Shown: piece after piece, positions 11,850 through 25,425 of the stretch
How the letters are laid out: every line of letters starts with the position of its first letter
Position numbering within the stretch: position 1 is the stretch's first letter
Origin: Ginglymostoma cirratum
Taxonomy: Eukaryota
Reading direction: 5' to 3'
Assembly: GCA_024137785.1 (NCBI GenBank)
Contig: JAHRHZ010000016.1
Coordinates: 36,043,543-36,107,542, forward strand
Length of the DNA: 64,000 nt
The notes under the pieces: generated by a model
What the model saw: the letters and a program-made list of their open reading frames with translations, nothing else
The model's database searches: none
Told to the model about the DNA's origin: nothing
Made by a program: the position numbers and the translations under genes

Positions 11850-14620
11850 AGTTCATCTTTGTATGGTTAATAGTATCTGAGAGTGTCTGGTCCTTCTTGC
11901 ATCACGTCAAGCAATTCTTCTATGATAATTCTGTAAAACTCCTTCAGATGTAGACCATTAGCTGTTTCTTGCTGAAGTTGTTTGCATTTGAACTGATCAA
12001 AATTTATCAAATTAACCTTAAGCACATCTCCCACTTTGATGTCCATACTGTCTATTCATAAATCTCATGGAATTTCTGCATTCTTTTTTGGGTTCAATAA
12101 TCTCACTGAGTATGAGGCAACCACTTTGCTACCAGATTTACAGCAGATATTAGAGTTTGCTCACTTGTTGGTGTAGTCTAAGTAACAGGCTTCTCAGTGG
12201 TTTATGCTAAATCATTTCAAATGGTTTGTGATCAGTTTCTGCAGGGAACCGCTAACTGAATAGGTTTAGGATTTTTTGATAGTAATACCAGAGACAAATG
12301 TTTCATGATCTAAGTTAGAATTGTTGGATTGCATTTGCAGCAGGCTTTTGGATCCAAACGCAATTGGCTTCTCATTTTGCTTAGTGCATGCTTCGAGCCC
12401 TTTCTAAGATGCAAAAAATCCAGGATGGTCTTCTTCCATGGGATACAAGCTTCTGCTGATAATCTGTTTGAGTGATTCATAGGTGTGTCAATGGTTTTCC
12501 TGTCACACTTATGCTATGTCTTTCCACACAAGCCCTCTTAACAAAGATGTTTTGTGGAAAAGTTTTGTGTGTATGGTGCTAGGAAGTTAAAAAATCCAAG
12601 AAGTCTTTGCTGGTCTTCTTTGTCTTAGGAGGTATGTGTTACACATTTTTGACTTTGCCTGAGTCAGGTTTAATCCCATAACCGAGTACATGGTGTGTAA
12701 TATACAGATAAATCAAACGTCAGTCTCTAGAAACAGTGGTGTTCTGAAATAAGTGATTTCTTGAGATTCCTCTGGCAAGCAAACTGACTAATATCCATGT
12801 TTATCGTTTGTCTTGGAAAATAAATTAGCTCTTGTGAATTTGGATTCAGTGTTTCTGGTGTTTGAATTACGTGTGGGCATCTTTTAAAGAAAAGGTTAGA
12901 AGCCTTTGGTTCAAACAAACCCTGATCATGCCATCTTTCTTTAACATGCTTAGAATATAACTGCTCGAGTCTGTGTGCTGACAAACATGATTGATAATAC
13001 CATCACGTTGCTTTTTTTCCCAGCTTACTCTTAAGATTCTCTTGCGCATACTGTGAGTGATTTTCTCTGAGCTAAAAAGCAGCATTGCCTTTAAAGTTTC
13101 CTATGGCACTGAACCTGTCTCAGTACAATTGCTGCAAGCCATGGACTGAGTCATTATGAGTATTCTTGGCTTCTTCCACTACAATTGGTATTTTAATCAT
13201 TTCATGAATGGTTACAATGTTGTGTTCTGTACACATCAGTAGTCTTCTATGCTGGTTCATTTGTGCCCACTAAATTGAACACTCATAGTTTTATTGCGAA
13301 CATACCAATATAAGGGAAGGTTGTCCCGTTATATATTGTATGTAGACATTTTGCTGTGGTCAGTTTTTTTGTACCATTGACTTCCAGGGATCAGGTACAC
13401 ATCCTTCAGAATCTTGACTAATAGGATGTTTGCACTGGTTCCTGTGTCAACTGTTGGTCTTGAGTATGTGTTCACTAATGTTTTGAGTACATGATGTAAA
13501 TAGTGGTGAAAGCGTTTAACTGTTTGACTTTGCCCACACAATGTGCCACATTCACAATGTGAAAAGTCTGTTTGCCTGCTGGTTGAATACTATTGCACTC
13601 TGGTCACCCTGTTCACACCTGGTCTAATTTGCTGCTAACCTCATGTATGTGGCTGGTTCATATAGATCTTTGGAGCACTCCTTATTGTTGCTGCCAAGTC
13701 ACTAGTTGTACCAGTTTTCGTGCATAGGTGATTCCAGTGTCCAGTTTTACCATATGATTTCTTTTATTCATTCATGGGATATGGGCGCATCTGGCTAGGC
13801 AGCATTTATTACCCGTCCCTAATTGCCCAGAGGACAGTTAAGAGTCAGCCACATTGTTGTGGTTGTGACTGGAGTCACATATAGGCAACATCAGGTAAGG
13901 ACAACAGATTTTCTTCCCCAAAGGACAATGGTGAATCAAATGGGTTTTTGTGACCATTAACAATAATTGCACAGTTGCCATTATGCTATCTTTTCATTCC
14001 GGATTTTTATTGAGTTCAAATTTCACTAACTGCCATGGTCGTATTTGAACAAATGAGCCCTGGGGTTATGGATTACTAATCCAGTGATTACCACTACCAC
14101 ACTACACAACTAACTCCCCCACTCGGGATCTTGGAATGTAGGACAGCCTCACAATGGTTGCAACAGACTGCAGTTTCCACATAGCTTCTGTACCAACACT
14201 GATAATTGCATCAAATTCTTACAGATATTGTTGTCTGGCTACAATGGCTTCATATTTTCTGGTATCTTTTAGCAGTCTGTGGCTGTCATGAACTTCCTTA
14301 CTCTCCAGAAGTCTTTTTGGAATGCTTTGAAGAATGTAGAAGTTACAGCCAGGCTAACTATCTGCTCAGATGGCTCAGCCTCTGAAAAATCACAGTCCTC
14401 TCCCTTGTCACAGCATCTACTAATGAACTAATCAATTAATTCTTGTGGCTGTTATCTATAAAATATCAACTCTAGCTGGTGAATTCTAACATTAATTTTT
14501 ACACAAAGATGATTCTTCAGCATCTCCCACAGCTTAGTGTGATCTCTTTGGTCCTCTTTTGTAATGGTTATTTTTATACTAATTGCTATTTAATTTGGTT
14601 CTGCAATGGCTAAATCTAAA
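11850..14620 (-). mobile_element. Degraded Ty3/Gypsy internal region (gag, protease, RT, RNase H)
   Basis: VDTGTSANIL protease (ORF 13329-13541); GIINHVCQHTDSSS…KKDGMIRVCL RT (ORF 12867-13085); KPIAFGSKSL RNase H at about 12345-12375. Confidence 0.8.
13762..14118 (-). mobile_element. SacSINE1-like Deu-domain SINE inserted in the Gypsy relic
   Basis: L2-like tail, Deu-core-like ggtaaggacaacagattttcttccccaaaggac, tRNA-like head at the right end. Confidence 0.7.
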
Positions 14621-16164
14621 TGTGCACTTGAGGATCCGAGGGAGAAAAGGCAGCTTGAAGGCAAGGTGGCACTTAGCAAAGGCAAAACTTTTTAAAAGCT
14701 GTCAAGATGTCATGTTGGAGGCTGAGAACTTTAAACAGTAAAGTTTAAACAGATCAATGGAAGTTCAGTGATCATCTTGTAAAAAGTTAACTCACATTTT
14801 GCATAGAACTGAGGGTCAAATGTCAACCATCAATTACAATTTATCTTTATATTATTTGACCAAACAAAATTAATCCTCAGGTTCATTCACTCCACATTGT
14901 TCTGGGGATTGACATTGAAGGTTACCAATATTTTCTTATAGAATGCAAATTCCCCTTGCACCCACCTACTTTTCTCCATTCCTTTCTGAAAAGGCTGACC
15001 TTTGGTAGAGTGCTTCTGTTTTGGTGCTGAGCACCTTTCGCTGCTTTTCCCACTAGGTTTCATGTGCCAGCCTAAACTATTGATGAAAGTGTGCAATTCA
15101 AACTTGGAGAGAATCACATCACATTAATACTCACTCATGCAGTTTCCAGCACAAACCATTGAACAGTCGTGAAAGGTGGGAATTTTGGCTCACTTCTTTC
15201 CTCTGACTCAAAAGGGCAGCGTCCAATTGTAGCTTTCCAACTCCTAATTCAATTCAAACCAAAGAAGTTTAGGATCCTTTTGTCTCTACAGTTTACTGAT
15301 ATGCAGGCTGGGTCTAAACAGACTACATGCTGATCCAGAATTAAACTTTATACCACTTCAGCTGAACAGCCTTTGCCAACCTTGCCCATGCATGGAAATT
15401 ACGTTATGATACAGAGTAGCCAATTCGTACCTACCTATTTCACAGAATCACATAAAGTTACAGCATAGAAGGAGATTGTCCCTGCACTGGCTCTTCAAAC
15501 AAGGATCATTACCGAATGCTAATCTCCTGCTTTTCTCCCATACCCTAGCATACTGTAGCTATCCAAGAAATCATCCAATGCCCTGTTGAGTACCTCAACT
15601 GAACTTTACCGATTGAGATGGTCTTTATTTGCACGCATCAATTAGTAATCATGATTGGAAAATGTTTACAATGGCAAAAATTTCCACATTTTCTATGGAA
15701 AACAGACAACACTGGATATGGTGGCAAGTATCCTAAAATTGATATCCATGGCAAATATGGATGGATTTGCACTCAGTTAAACACTTAGCATGTCAATAAC
15801 TGTTATCCAGGAAGCCCCTGTAATATGTGGCAACATTTTTTTAAAGAAAGATTGAAAATAAAGTTCTCAGAAGCATAAAGTGATCTTTTTCAAACAAAGC
15901 TACAGACCCTGATGAGAATTAACGCCTCAGGGTGAAGCTACAGGATGGTTACATGCTGTTCTTTGGTGACCATCTGCAAGAACGGTACTCAAAAGATGAC
16001 TGGCAATGATTGTGTCCGGTGCTATACATGATTGTCTTGGTTCCCACTTTAGATTTGTACCATGTTTGAAGATACTAAAGAAAATCAAACAAGACCCTTG
16101 AGGAATATAAAAAAAGTAAAAGAGATCTTTAACAAGAAATTACTAGGGCTAGAAGGGGCCACAA

Positions 16165-16615
16165 AATGTCTTTGGCAAGTACAATGAAGGAGAATCCCAA
16201 GGCATTTTAGGCATATACAGTATTAGGAGCAGGACTGTAGCTAGGGAAAGGGTAGGTCCACTCAAGAACAAAGGAGGGAATTAATGCCAGAGGAAGGGGG
16301 TGGGGTCCTTAATGAGTACACTACATTGGTATTCACCAAGGAGAAGGACATGGATGACGGTAAGATTAAGCAGAGGGAGTTCATTTTCTGGAGCATATCA
16401 ATATTAAGAAGAAAGAGGTTTTGAAAAATATTAAGGTAGGTAAGTCCCCAGGCCCTGATGGGATATATCCCAGGATACTGACGAGGCAAGGAAGGACATT
16501 GCTAGGGCCTTGACAGCAAGGTCCCAGAAGAATAGCAAATGTTTTTCGTTTGCTTGTGATGGACAACAGCGATAATCCAGAAAATTATAGTCCAGTGAGC
16601 ATACATTAGTGGTGT
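16165..16615 (+). mobile_element. CR1 ORF2 fragment
   Basis: KENPKAF and KSPGPDGIYPRIL motifs. Confidence 0.8.
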
Positions 16616-18944
16616 CTTCAGCATCAAAACGAGCAATTCTGTCTCCGTCTTTACACTACACTGTTGTGAAAAATTAGCTGAAACTTCAGCCACTTTTAGG
16701 AGATACTCAATTTCACACTTCTCAGCCAAATCTTTTCCAGGCCAAGCTCTTTAGTTAAGCATTTCATTTACATGAGAGGTTGCTCACAAAATATTGCACA
16801 GCATAGACCTCTGCACAATTATGTCAGTTTCATGGATCAAGTCAATATAATTCACATGGACATTGCCGAGCAAAAATGGAAGACCAGGGATTTTCAATTG
16901 CACAATTGTGTCTTTTCTCATTATTATCTTTACTGGCTTTGCGTCAGGCAGTGAGGACTCCTGAGCAGGCTACAAGAGCAGCTAGGTCTGACATTCAACA
17001 CTAGCGCAGAAGTCTGATTTAGGGGAAGTCTGATTTCCAACTTCAGCAGTGATCCTGGGGAAGGATTCTGATCTCCAACCCCATTTAAGATCCAGTCCCT
17101 AACACTAGGAGCCTTTGAATGCAGGAAGAGGCAGGTAGGGATTGAAGGAAGGTGGTGTTACTGATAGTTCTGATGACACTTGGATCTTAGAAGCAGAAGG
17201 AAGGAGTCTGGCATATCTCCCAAAAGTTCTCCTTGTGTCCCTTTAGCTGCTAAATTTTCTAAGGTCAGGGAAATCCACCTGCAAAGTGGAATTAAATCGA
17301 AATCCACCAGCCTCCAGAAACATTTAAATTGCCAAACTGCTTGGGAGCAGGTTTGTTGCTCTCCTCAACTTTATTAATCTTGAAATTGGATGCATTGGAT
17401 TCAAGCTTGAGATTTTCCAAGTTTTGTGATCTAACCCCAGTTACAATTCAGTCATTCTCACAAAGTCAAGTCTGCATTTTTGGTAAAGCATTTATTGATT
17501 ACAATTTAGAACTTGCAGCATGATTGAATTTGACTGGGTCATCCTTCAGCAGACAGTTAAACTGATGTTTTCAATTCATTGACATGACAGATTTGCTGCA
17601 ATGTCAAAACCTGTGAACCAGCAGCTGTACAGCTCAAGTATTGTTCTGATGCATTGAATGCAATTTTCTGCAGGGCAGTATGCCAGCAATGAAGCGACTG
17701 GAATCCAAGATATTGTCTCATAGATAGTTCACTTGGACTTTTGCATTGCTGAAGGATCTGTTTCTAAAACTGGCTAAATTGATGTAACAATTCTCAGCCA
17801 ATTTGTAGTTTTTTTGTCCAATGGTTTAACTGTAATGTGGGGCATTAATGCTTTCATAGTAGTGGAACGCATCTCACAGCCAATGAAGAAGTGCTGGCTT
17901 GCTTTAAATGTTTCGTATCTCTTTCATTTGATCAATTAAAATCTTCTGGAAATGCCTTCTCCAATAGTATGCAGGGTATATTCTGCATGCTTGTGCTTTC
18001 TGAAGGCTTCCTCTACCAGGTCATTAAGCAGCTGACGTTATGAAAAATCATTTGCAGCACTGAGGCTGATAATGAGAGGTTTACACAGGAATGTAGAAGT
18101 ATATAGTACTTGAAATGACAATTGTGACTAATATGTAGTCAAGGAGGAACTTAGTGAACAAACTTGGATTCGACTGCAATCTGAAAACATCCTTAAAAAC
18201 ATACGAAGAAGACATGTGATCTGGTCATAATAAACACAAAAAGAAATGTCTAATTTTATTGAATGATGGAACATGATAAAGGGGCTGATGGCCTGCATTC
18301 TTATATTCCTATCTAGCCTGCCTAAAGTGAAAAAAATGCCATATGCTACACTAAGTCTTATATTCCTCAGACAAATTATTTTCCAGCCATTCCTGAATTT
18401 ACCAAAATGATCTGTTTCTATCGTCTCCCTGAGCAGTCTGTTCCATATATTCACCAGCCTCTCTCTAAGAATGATAAAGCTAAACCGTCTCTTCGCCTTC
18501 TCTTCTGCTAACTACAAACCTGTCCAATAATGTTGTTGCTCTGTATCGAGCTTCTTTTTCTCCGTACAGCTGACACCAAACCAAATGTGGAGTAATTTGT
18601 CAAGATATTCATTAAAATTTTTAATGTATTTTCACCAGCAGAAAAGCTCACTTGGGCTTGGATTTGGTCAAAAGTGACAACTCTACTCTCATATCTAATA
18701 TCAGCCCATAACTTTGATGACAGCTGAGTAATGTGGTGAGATAGGCAGAGATTTGCTGCAACATTTAGGTAACTAGCTACTGAAAGCTTGGAAACTGTTG
18801 AAATTTTAAAAATCATTTCTGAGATAATTTTCCCAATGTAAAAATGTTTTCAATATTAAAACAAAGCCTTCTACAAATGCAATTACCACTCTCAATATAA
18901 AATCATGAACCTCAGTCTTTTATTGGCCATTGGACTTAATTTCT

Positions 18945-20720
18945 ACTCATTCACAGGATATAGACTTTGCTGGCTGGCCAACATTTATTTCCCATCCCTA
19001 ACTGTCCTTCAGAAGTTGTTGGTAAGCTGTCTTATTGAACTGCTACAATCATTTGGTTTAGGTACAGGTGCAATGTTGTTGAGTAATTTCCAAATTTTGA
19101 CCCAATGACTGAAGGAACAGCAATATATTTCTGTGTCAGGATGGGGAGTGGTTTAGAGTAGAAATTGCTGGTGGTAGTGTTCCCATGTATCTGCTGCCAT
19201 TATTCTTCTAGATGGGAGTGGTCATGTGTTTGGAAGGTGCTGTGTAAGGATCCTTGGTGAATATTAAATGTCGTGTAGAATGATACACTGTGTTGCTTTT
19301 GCGATAAAGGGGATGAAATTTTGTGGATATGGTGCCAATCGAGTTGGCAACTTTGTCCTGGATGGTCTCAAGCTTCTTGAGTGTTGTTTGAGCTTCACTC
19401 ATCCAGGCATATGAGGAGTATTCTACTGCACTCCAGACCTGTGTCTTGTGGATGGTGGAGAAGCTTCAGGGAGTCAGAAGGTGAGTTACTTGTTGCAGGA
19501 TTCCTAGCCTATGACCTGCATTTGTACCCACAGTATGTATAATGCGAATCCAGTTCAGTTTCTGGCCAATGGCAACCCCAGCATGTTGTTGGGGGTGGAG
19601 GGTGGGCAGCACCAATAATGCTTTTGGATGTCAAGGGATGCTAGGCAGATTCTCTGGTTGGACATGATTATTACTTGGTGTGGTATGATGTGAATATTAG
19701 TTACCACTTGTCAATTCAAGTCCAGATATCAGTAGGTCTTGCTGCATTTACACATGAACTGCATCAGTATCTGAGGAGTTGCAAATGGTGGTAAACACCG
19801 TCCAGTCATCAGCGTACAGCCATACATCTGACCTTATGATGGGGCGAAGGTCATTGCTGAAGCAGTTGAAGATGATAGGGCCTAAGACAATGCCCTAAGG
19901 AACTGCTGCAGCTGTGTTCTGGAGCTGATGTGACTGATCTCCAACAACCACGACCATATTCCTTTGTGCTAAGTGTGACTCCAGCCACCTGATTTTTTTT
20001 TCCCTTGATTCCTATTGATTCTAATTTTGCTTGGGCTCTCTGATGCTACACTCATTCAGATGTGGCCTTGATATCAGGGGCAGTCACATTCAACTCACCA
20101 CTGGAGTTTAACATTTTTCCCTGTTTGAACTAAGTCTATAACGAGGTCAGGAGATGGGTGGACCTGGTGGAAGCCAGACTCAGTGTTATTTGATAACATT
20201 ATTGAAGGCCTCTTCTATCTCTTTACTGATGATCAAGAGTAGGCTGATGGGCCATAGTTGTTGAATTTGTTCTGCTTTTTGTGTGCATGACATTCCTGGG
20301 CAATTTTTCACATTGCCAGGCAGATGCCAGTGTTGTTGCTGTACTGGAACACTTTGGTTAGAGTTATGGCAAGTTCTGGAGCACAAATCTTCAGTGCTAT
20401 TGCTGGCACATTGTTAGGCCCCATAACCTTTGTAGGATCCAGTGACTCCAACCACTTTGATATCATGTGAAGTAAATCAAATTATTTGAAGTTTGCATTT
20501 GTGCTGATGAGATCCTCCAATGGAAGCTGAGATAAATCATTTACTGACCACTTCTGGCTGAAGATCATTGCAAATACTTCAGCTTTAACTTTTGCATTCG
20601 TGCTAGGCACCCCCATCAATGAGGATGAGGATATTTGTGGAGCCTCCTTCTCCATTGTGTTTAATTGTCTGTAACTATTCACAACTGCATGTTACAAGAC
20701 TGTACAACTTACACAATGAT
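18945..20720 (-). mobile_element. L2 LINE 3' portion
   Basis: L2 tail at about 18945-19060; TTLKKLETIQDK; PISLLLIISK RT motifs. Confidence 0.75.
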
Positions 20721-21649
20721 CATTAAGTCTTGGCTTGGTCTGTACTTAGATAAGATTCTTATCAGGTTTGTCCACTCTGGTCAGGCAGACTAGGTCCAGA
20801 ATCAGCACGTAGCTTATAACATATATTTGTAGTTAAGTACCCTTCACAATTAGCCCATGGTTGGCATGTGGTTGCATTTGTTGCTCAAAAAATAAATTTG
20901 ACTGGGTGGAATTAAAATGTCTTTCTGACATGGGTTTAAATGCTTGAATGCCTGCCAGTTCCATTAGTTGAATACAGTTTCTTAATTATAATAAGTCCTC
21001 CTTGGTCTGTCGTCCAAAATGCATTATAAAGAAGACATTGTATAAGATTGACCATTAATTAAAGAATTACAAATAGTTATGTATTTTGTCAGGTCATGGA
21101 AAATCAGAGTGCACTGTTGATGTTTTTTTCTGTTATGACTGATGTTATCTTCAACTTTCATCAGCCTACATTCCTATCTCCACAGCTCATTATCTTTTCT
21201 TCGGGTCATCTGCTAACTCTATTTCTTCATCCAAATCTTCAATAAATATGGTGAAAGATCCAAGCCCTTGAATGATCTCTGAGAGTGCCATTTGTTACAT
21301 CTGGTCAATCAGAGCACATATTCATTTTTCCCAATGTCTCCTATCTCCCAAACAATATTCAACAAATGAAAAAGTTACCTCAAATTTCATGCATTCTCAT
21401 GTTTGCTACTATTCTGCATGGAATGTTATACAATGCCTTCTGTAGGCCACATTCATACCTGGAAAGCCTGAATGAAAAAGATGTCCACTTCACACATTTC
21501 TTTGATGGGAAGAGCCATCGTGGTTCTCATTAGCATATAAGAGGGCAAGCACCTATCTCCAGCAACCATACTGGATGGCTGAAAACTGCCAAGCATTTTA
21601 CAGGAAACCTTAGCTTACTTGGTCTTGAAATTGGACTTCAGGTCCATTT

Positions 21650-21750
21650 GAGATATTTGCAGGGATGTTACTACACACATCTGGAGCAGGTGGGACTTGA
21701 AGCTGGGCCTCACAGCTCAGAGGTAGGAAAATTACCACTACACCAAAGAG
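21650..21750 (-). mobile_element. Short tRNA-derived SINE
   Basis: Minus strand tggtgtagtggtaa (A box) … gcttcaagtccc (B box); same family as 3880-3992. Confidence 0.6.
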
Positions 21751-21779
21751 AACTTGATGCAGGAGGGATTATCTATGTA

Positions 21780-21963
21780 TACATGACTACAGCTCCAAAG
21801 ACAGTGCATGGAGGGCATTCAGTGTATCTAGCATTCTCAAGAGAGTGGAAACATATTTGCATGATAAATTATAGCTGTTTAGTTGTTACACCTTAGAATT
21901 TTTTGGTCTATATTTTTCCCTCGCATGGTCTTTAATTCCAAGGTAGCAGCACCTGCACCTGCA
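21780..21963 (+). repeat. Copy 1 of a diverged ~185 bp local direct duplication
   Basis: Collinear with 22617-22806 (tacatgactacagctccaaaga … ggtctttaattc … cagcacctgca). Confidence 0.85.
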
Positions 21964-22191
21964 TTCAGTCACAATGTTTCTCCAAATGCTATGACCAAAA
22001 CAATCCTTTCGTAATGCCTTCACTAAGCCAGTGGGAAAGCTCCAACAGACTTTCAACAGGTAAATTTCTGATCAGTGCTTTTCTCAAATTTTCATCAAAT
22101 TCTACTATCAACAGTTTGCCTTTTGATTTTCCTACGTTGGGTTACACATAATTAATTATTGCAATTTTGTTAAAAATATTTTCACAAGTAA

Positions 22192-22423
22192 TGAAAATAG
22201 AAGTTGCTGGAAAAGTTCGGCAGGTTTGGCAGTATCTGTGAAGAGAAATCAGAGTTAATGTTTAGGGTCCAGTGACCCTTCCACAGAACTGTTCTGTGAA
22301 GGGTCACTGAACCTGAAACGTTAACTCTGATTTCTCTACACAGATGCTGCGAGACATGCTAAGCTTTTCCAGCAACTTCTGTTTTTGTTTCTGATTTACA
22401 GCATTTGCAGTTCTTTTGGTTTT
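22192..22423 (+). mobile_element. Penelope-derived fold-back element, family A
   Basis: About 95 bp inverted arms centred near 22290; TSD tattttcacaagtaa (22177-22191) / tattttcccaagtaa (22424-22438); arms match 10496-10595. Confidence 0.9.
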
Positions 22424-22616
22424 TATTTTCCCAAGTAAATTGGTTACATATTTTCTCTTGGCATTATATATTTATTATTAGTCTTTATGTATAATTGGTA
22501 TTTAATTCTAGAGTCTGAATATAAAAACTTACTGTGTTCATAGTGTTCATATAATTTTTCAAGGTAAAACAAAGAAACTCTGCAAAGCGAATAATATAGC
22601 AAGGATTCTCCACACT

Positions 22617-22806
22617 TACATGACTACAGCTCCAAAGAGAGTGCGTGGGGACATTCAGTGTTATAAATATCTTACACTCCCACAAGAGTTGAAACATATT
22701 ATCATGGTAAATTGTAGGCGTTTAGCTGTTACATCTTAGCTTCCTTTTGGTCAATTTTGTTCCATCACTTGGTCTTTAATTCGAGGCTAACAGCACCTGC
22801 ATTGCA
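22617..22806 (+). repeat. Copy 2 of the diverged local duplication
   Basis: Collinear with 21780-21963. Confidence 0.85.
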
Positions 22807-23394
22807 CCTTGACAATCTAACTATTTTCATATGTACAATTTAGGAGAGGGGAATAGACTGGTCCTCAACTATAGCCAGTCTCAACACAGCCCCATTGTGA
22901 AGCCCACATGTATACACTTGTTCTTGGAGAGTGCATGCAGTTACTATGTTAAAGGAGGCGGATATGATTGAAGGAGCAGTGTTAGAAGCAAAAAGTAACT
23001 GACAACCGAAAGCACTTGTTATATTACCCAAATTTTAATTTTAATTTTCACCTTACAAGCATATACACTGTCATTTTAAAAATTCAAATTTCTTTTTGAC
23101 AGAGATTTTAGTACTCTTTTCAAGTCATTCATTCATTTTCTTTCTCTGTTTTCTCAGTTCCTCACTGAACATATCCATTTTCTCATTCATTTATTGAATA
23201 TCAGTGTCGGTAACTATCCCTGAATTTATTGCCCATCCTGAACTGCCCTTAAGAAGTAATGGTGAGCTTCTTTCTTGAACCACTGCAGTCTGTGGGGTGT
23301 AGGGATACAGACAGTGCTGTTACAATGGGAGTTCCAGGATTATGACGTTGTGATTGTGAAGGAGCAGTAACACGCAATTTCCTCCCTAATAGGG

Positions 23395-23527
23395 TCAACC
23401 CACAGCAGGAGGATTGTAGTGGTTCAAAAAGGCAGCTCACCACCACCTTCTCAAGGGCAACTAGGGATGGGCAAGAAATGCTGGCCAGCCAGCAACACCC
23501 ACATCCCACAAACGAATGAAAAAAAAT
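23395..23527 (+). mobile_element. L2 3' tail in opposite orientation inside the L2 above
   Basis: ggcagctcaccaccaccttctcaagggcaactagggatgggcaagaaatgctgg…gaatgaaaaaaaa. Confidence 0.75.
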
Positions 23528-24778
23528 AAGGCAACATAGTGTTTGTCACAGAGGGGAACTTGTAGGTTCAGGTGTTTCCATGGATCTGGTTAGAGATGAT
23601 TGGATTTTCACTTGTTGGGGATGGCCATTGCCCGACATTTTTGTAGTATGAATGTTACTTACCACTTGTCAACCTAAGTATAGATGTTGCCCAAGTTTGG
23701 TGCATTTGGACATGGATTGCTTCAATACCTAAGGAGTCCCGAATATGCAGTCATCAACAAACATCCCCTGTTCAGGACTTATGATGGAGGGAAGGTCATT
23801 GACGAAGCAGCTGAAGATGGTTGGGCTTAGGACACTACCCTGAGGTACTCCCACAACAAGGTCCTGGAGCTGAAATGACCGATCTCGAGCAACCACACCT
23901 ATCAGGCTTGATTCCAACCAGTGCTGAGTTTTCCCATGATTCCCACTAGCTTTAGTTTTGTTCGGTCTCCATGATACCATACTTGTCAAATGCTGTCTTG
24001 ATGTGAAAGGCAATCACTTTCACCGCACCTCTAGAATCAGCTTTTTTGTCTGCATGTGGGGCAAAGAATTAGATTAGGAGCACAGTAGTGGAATCCAAAC
24101 TGAGCACCAGTGAGCAGGTTATTGCTGAGCAAATGCTGCTTGGTAACATGGTGGAAAACATCTTCTGTCACTCTTCTGTTGATCAAGAATAAATTGACAG
24201 GATGGTAATTGGCTGACCTAGATTTGTGCTACATTTTATGCACATGGGATACCTGGACAATTTCCTACATCGTCACATAGAGGCCAGTGTTGTAGTTGTA
24301 CTGGAACAGCCTATCTCAGGGTACAGTTAGTTCTACAGCACAAGCCTTCAGTACTATTGCCAAAATGTTGTTGGTCCTATTGTCTCTGCAATATCCAGTG
24401 TCTGCAGGAGAGTCTCCACAATATGTGGAGCGTATTGAACTGTTGTGACTGGCTGGGAATTTCAGCAGGAAGTGCAGATACATCATCTATTAGTACATCT
24501 GACTGAAGATCATTGCAAATGCTTCAGCTTCTTTTTTTGCCATGTGATATAGTTCCCATTGTTGAAAATTGGGATATTTGTAGAACCTCCTCTTCCTGTT
24601 AGGTTGTTTCATTTTCCACCATCATTTCTGATTGAAAATGGCGGCACTCCAGAGCTTAGACCTGATCCGTTTGTTTTAAGATTGAATAGCCCTGCCCATC
24701 ACATGCTATTTCTGCTGTTTGGCATGTATATAGTCCCATACTGTAGATTTACCAGATTGACACCTCATTTTTAGGCAT

Positions 24779-25023
24779 AAATAAAAACCGAAAAAACTGC
24801 TGATGCTGTAAATCAGGAACAAAAACAAAGTAGCTGGAAAGCCTCAGCAGGTCTGGCAGCATCTGTGCAGAAAAAATCAGAGTTAACATTTCGGGTCCAG
24901 CGACCCTTCCTAAGAACTCTGTTCTGTTCTGAGGAAAGGTCAGTGGACCCAAAACATTAACTCTGATTTTTCTTCACAGGTGCTGCCGGACCTGCTGAGC
25001 TTTTCCATCAACGTTGTTTTTTT
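24779..25023 (-). mobile_element. Penelope-derived fold-back element, family A
   Basis: Inverted arms around 24915; TSD tcatttttaggcat (24765-24778) / tcacgtttaggcat (25024-25037); decayed hammerhead cores. Confidence 0.9.
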
Positions 25024-25120
25024 TCACGTTTAGGCATGCCTAGTACTGTTCCTAGCATGCCCTCCTGCGCTCTTCATTGAACCACAGTTGATCTGCTGGG
25101 TTGATGGAAATCATGGAGCG

Positions 25121-25425
25121 AATCATAGAATCCATACAGTGTGAAAAGAGGCCATTCTGCCCATTGAGTCTGCATTGACCCATTGAAGAGCATCCACCTC
25201 ACACCCAGGACCCCAACCTATCTCTGTAACCTGGTATTTACCATGGCTAATTTACCTAACTTGCACATCTTTGGACTGTGGGATGAAACTAGCACACCAG
25301 AAGGAAACATACAGACGTGGGAAGAATGTGCAAACTCCACAAAGACAGTCACCCAAGGCTGGAACTGAACACAGCTCCCTGGAGCTGTGAGGCAGCTGTG
25401 CTAACCACTGAGCCACACTGCTCCC
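25121..25425 (-). mobile_element. HE1-like V-SINE
   Basis: tRNA head (gtggctcagtggttagc), V-domain (gtggagtttgcacattct…ccaaagatgtgca), CR1-type tail. Confidence 0.85.

Noticed and set aside
25330-25425. tRNA-like A/B boxes (also 3880 and 21650)
   Set aside because: SINE heads; no complete cloverleaf.
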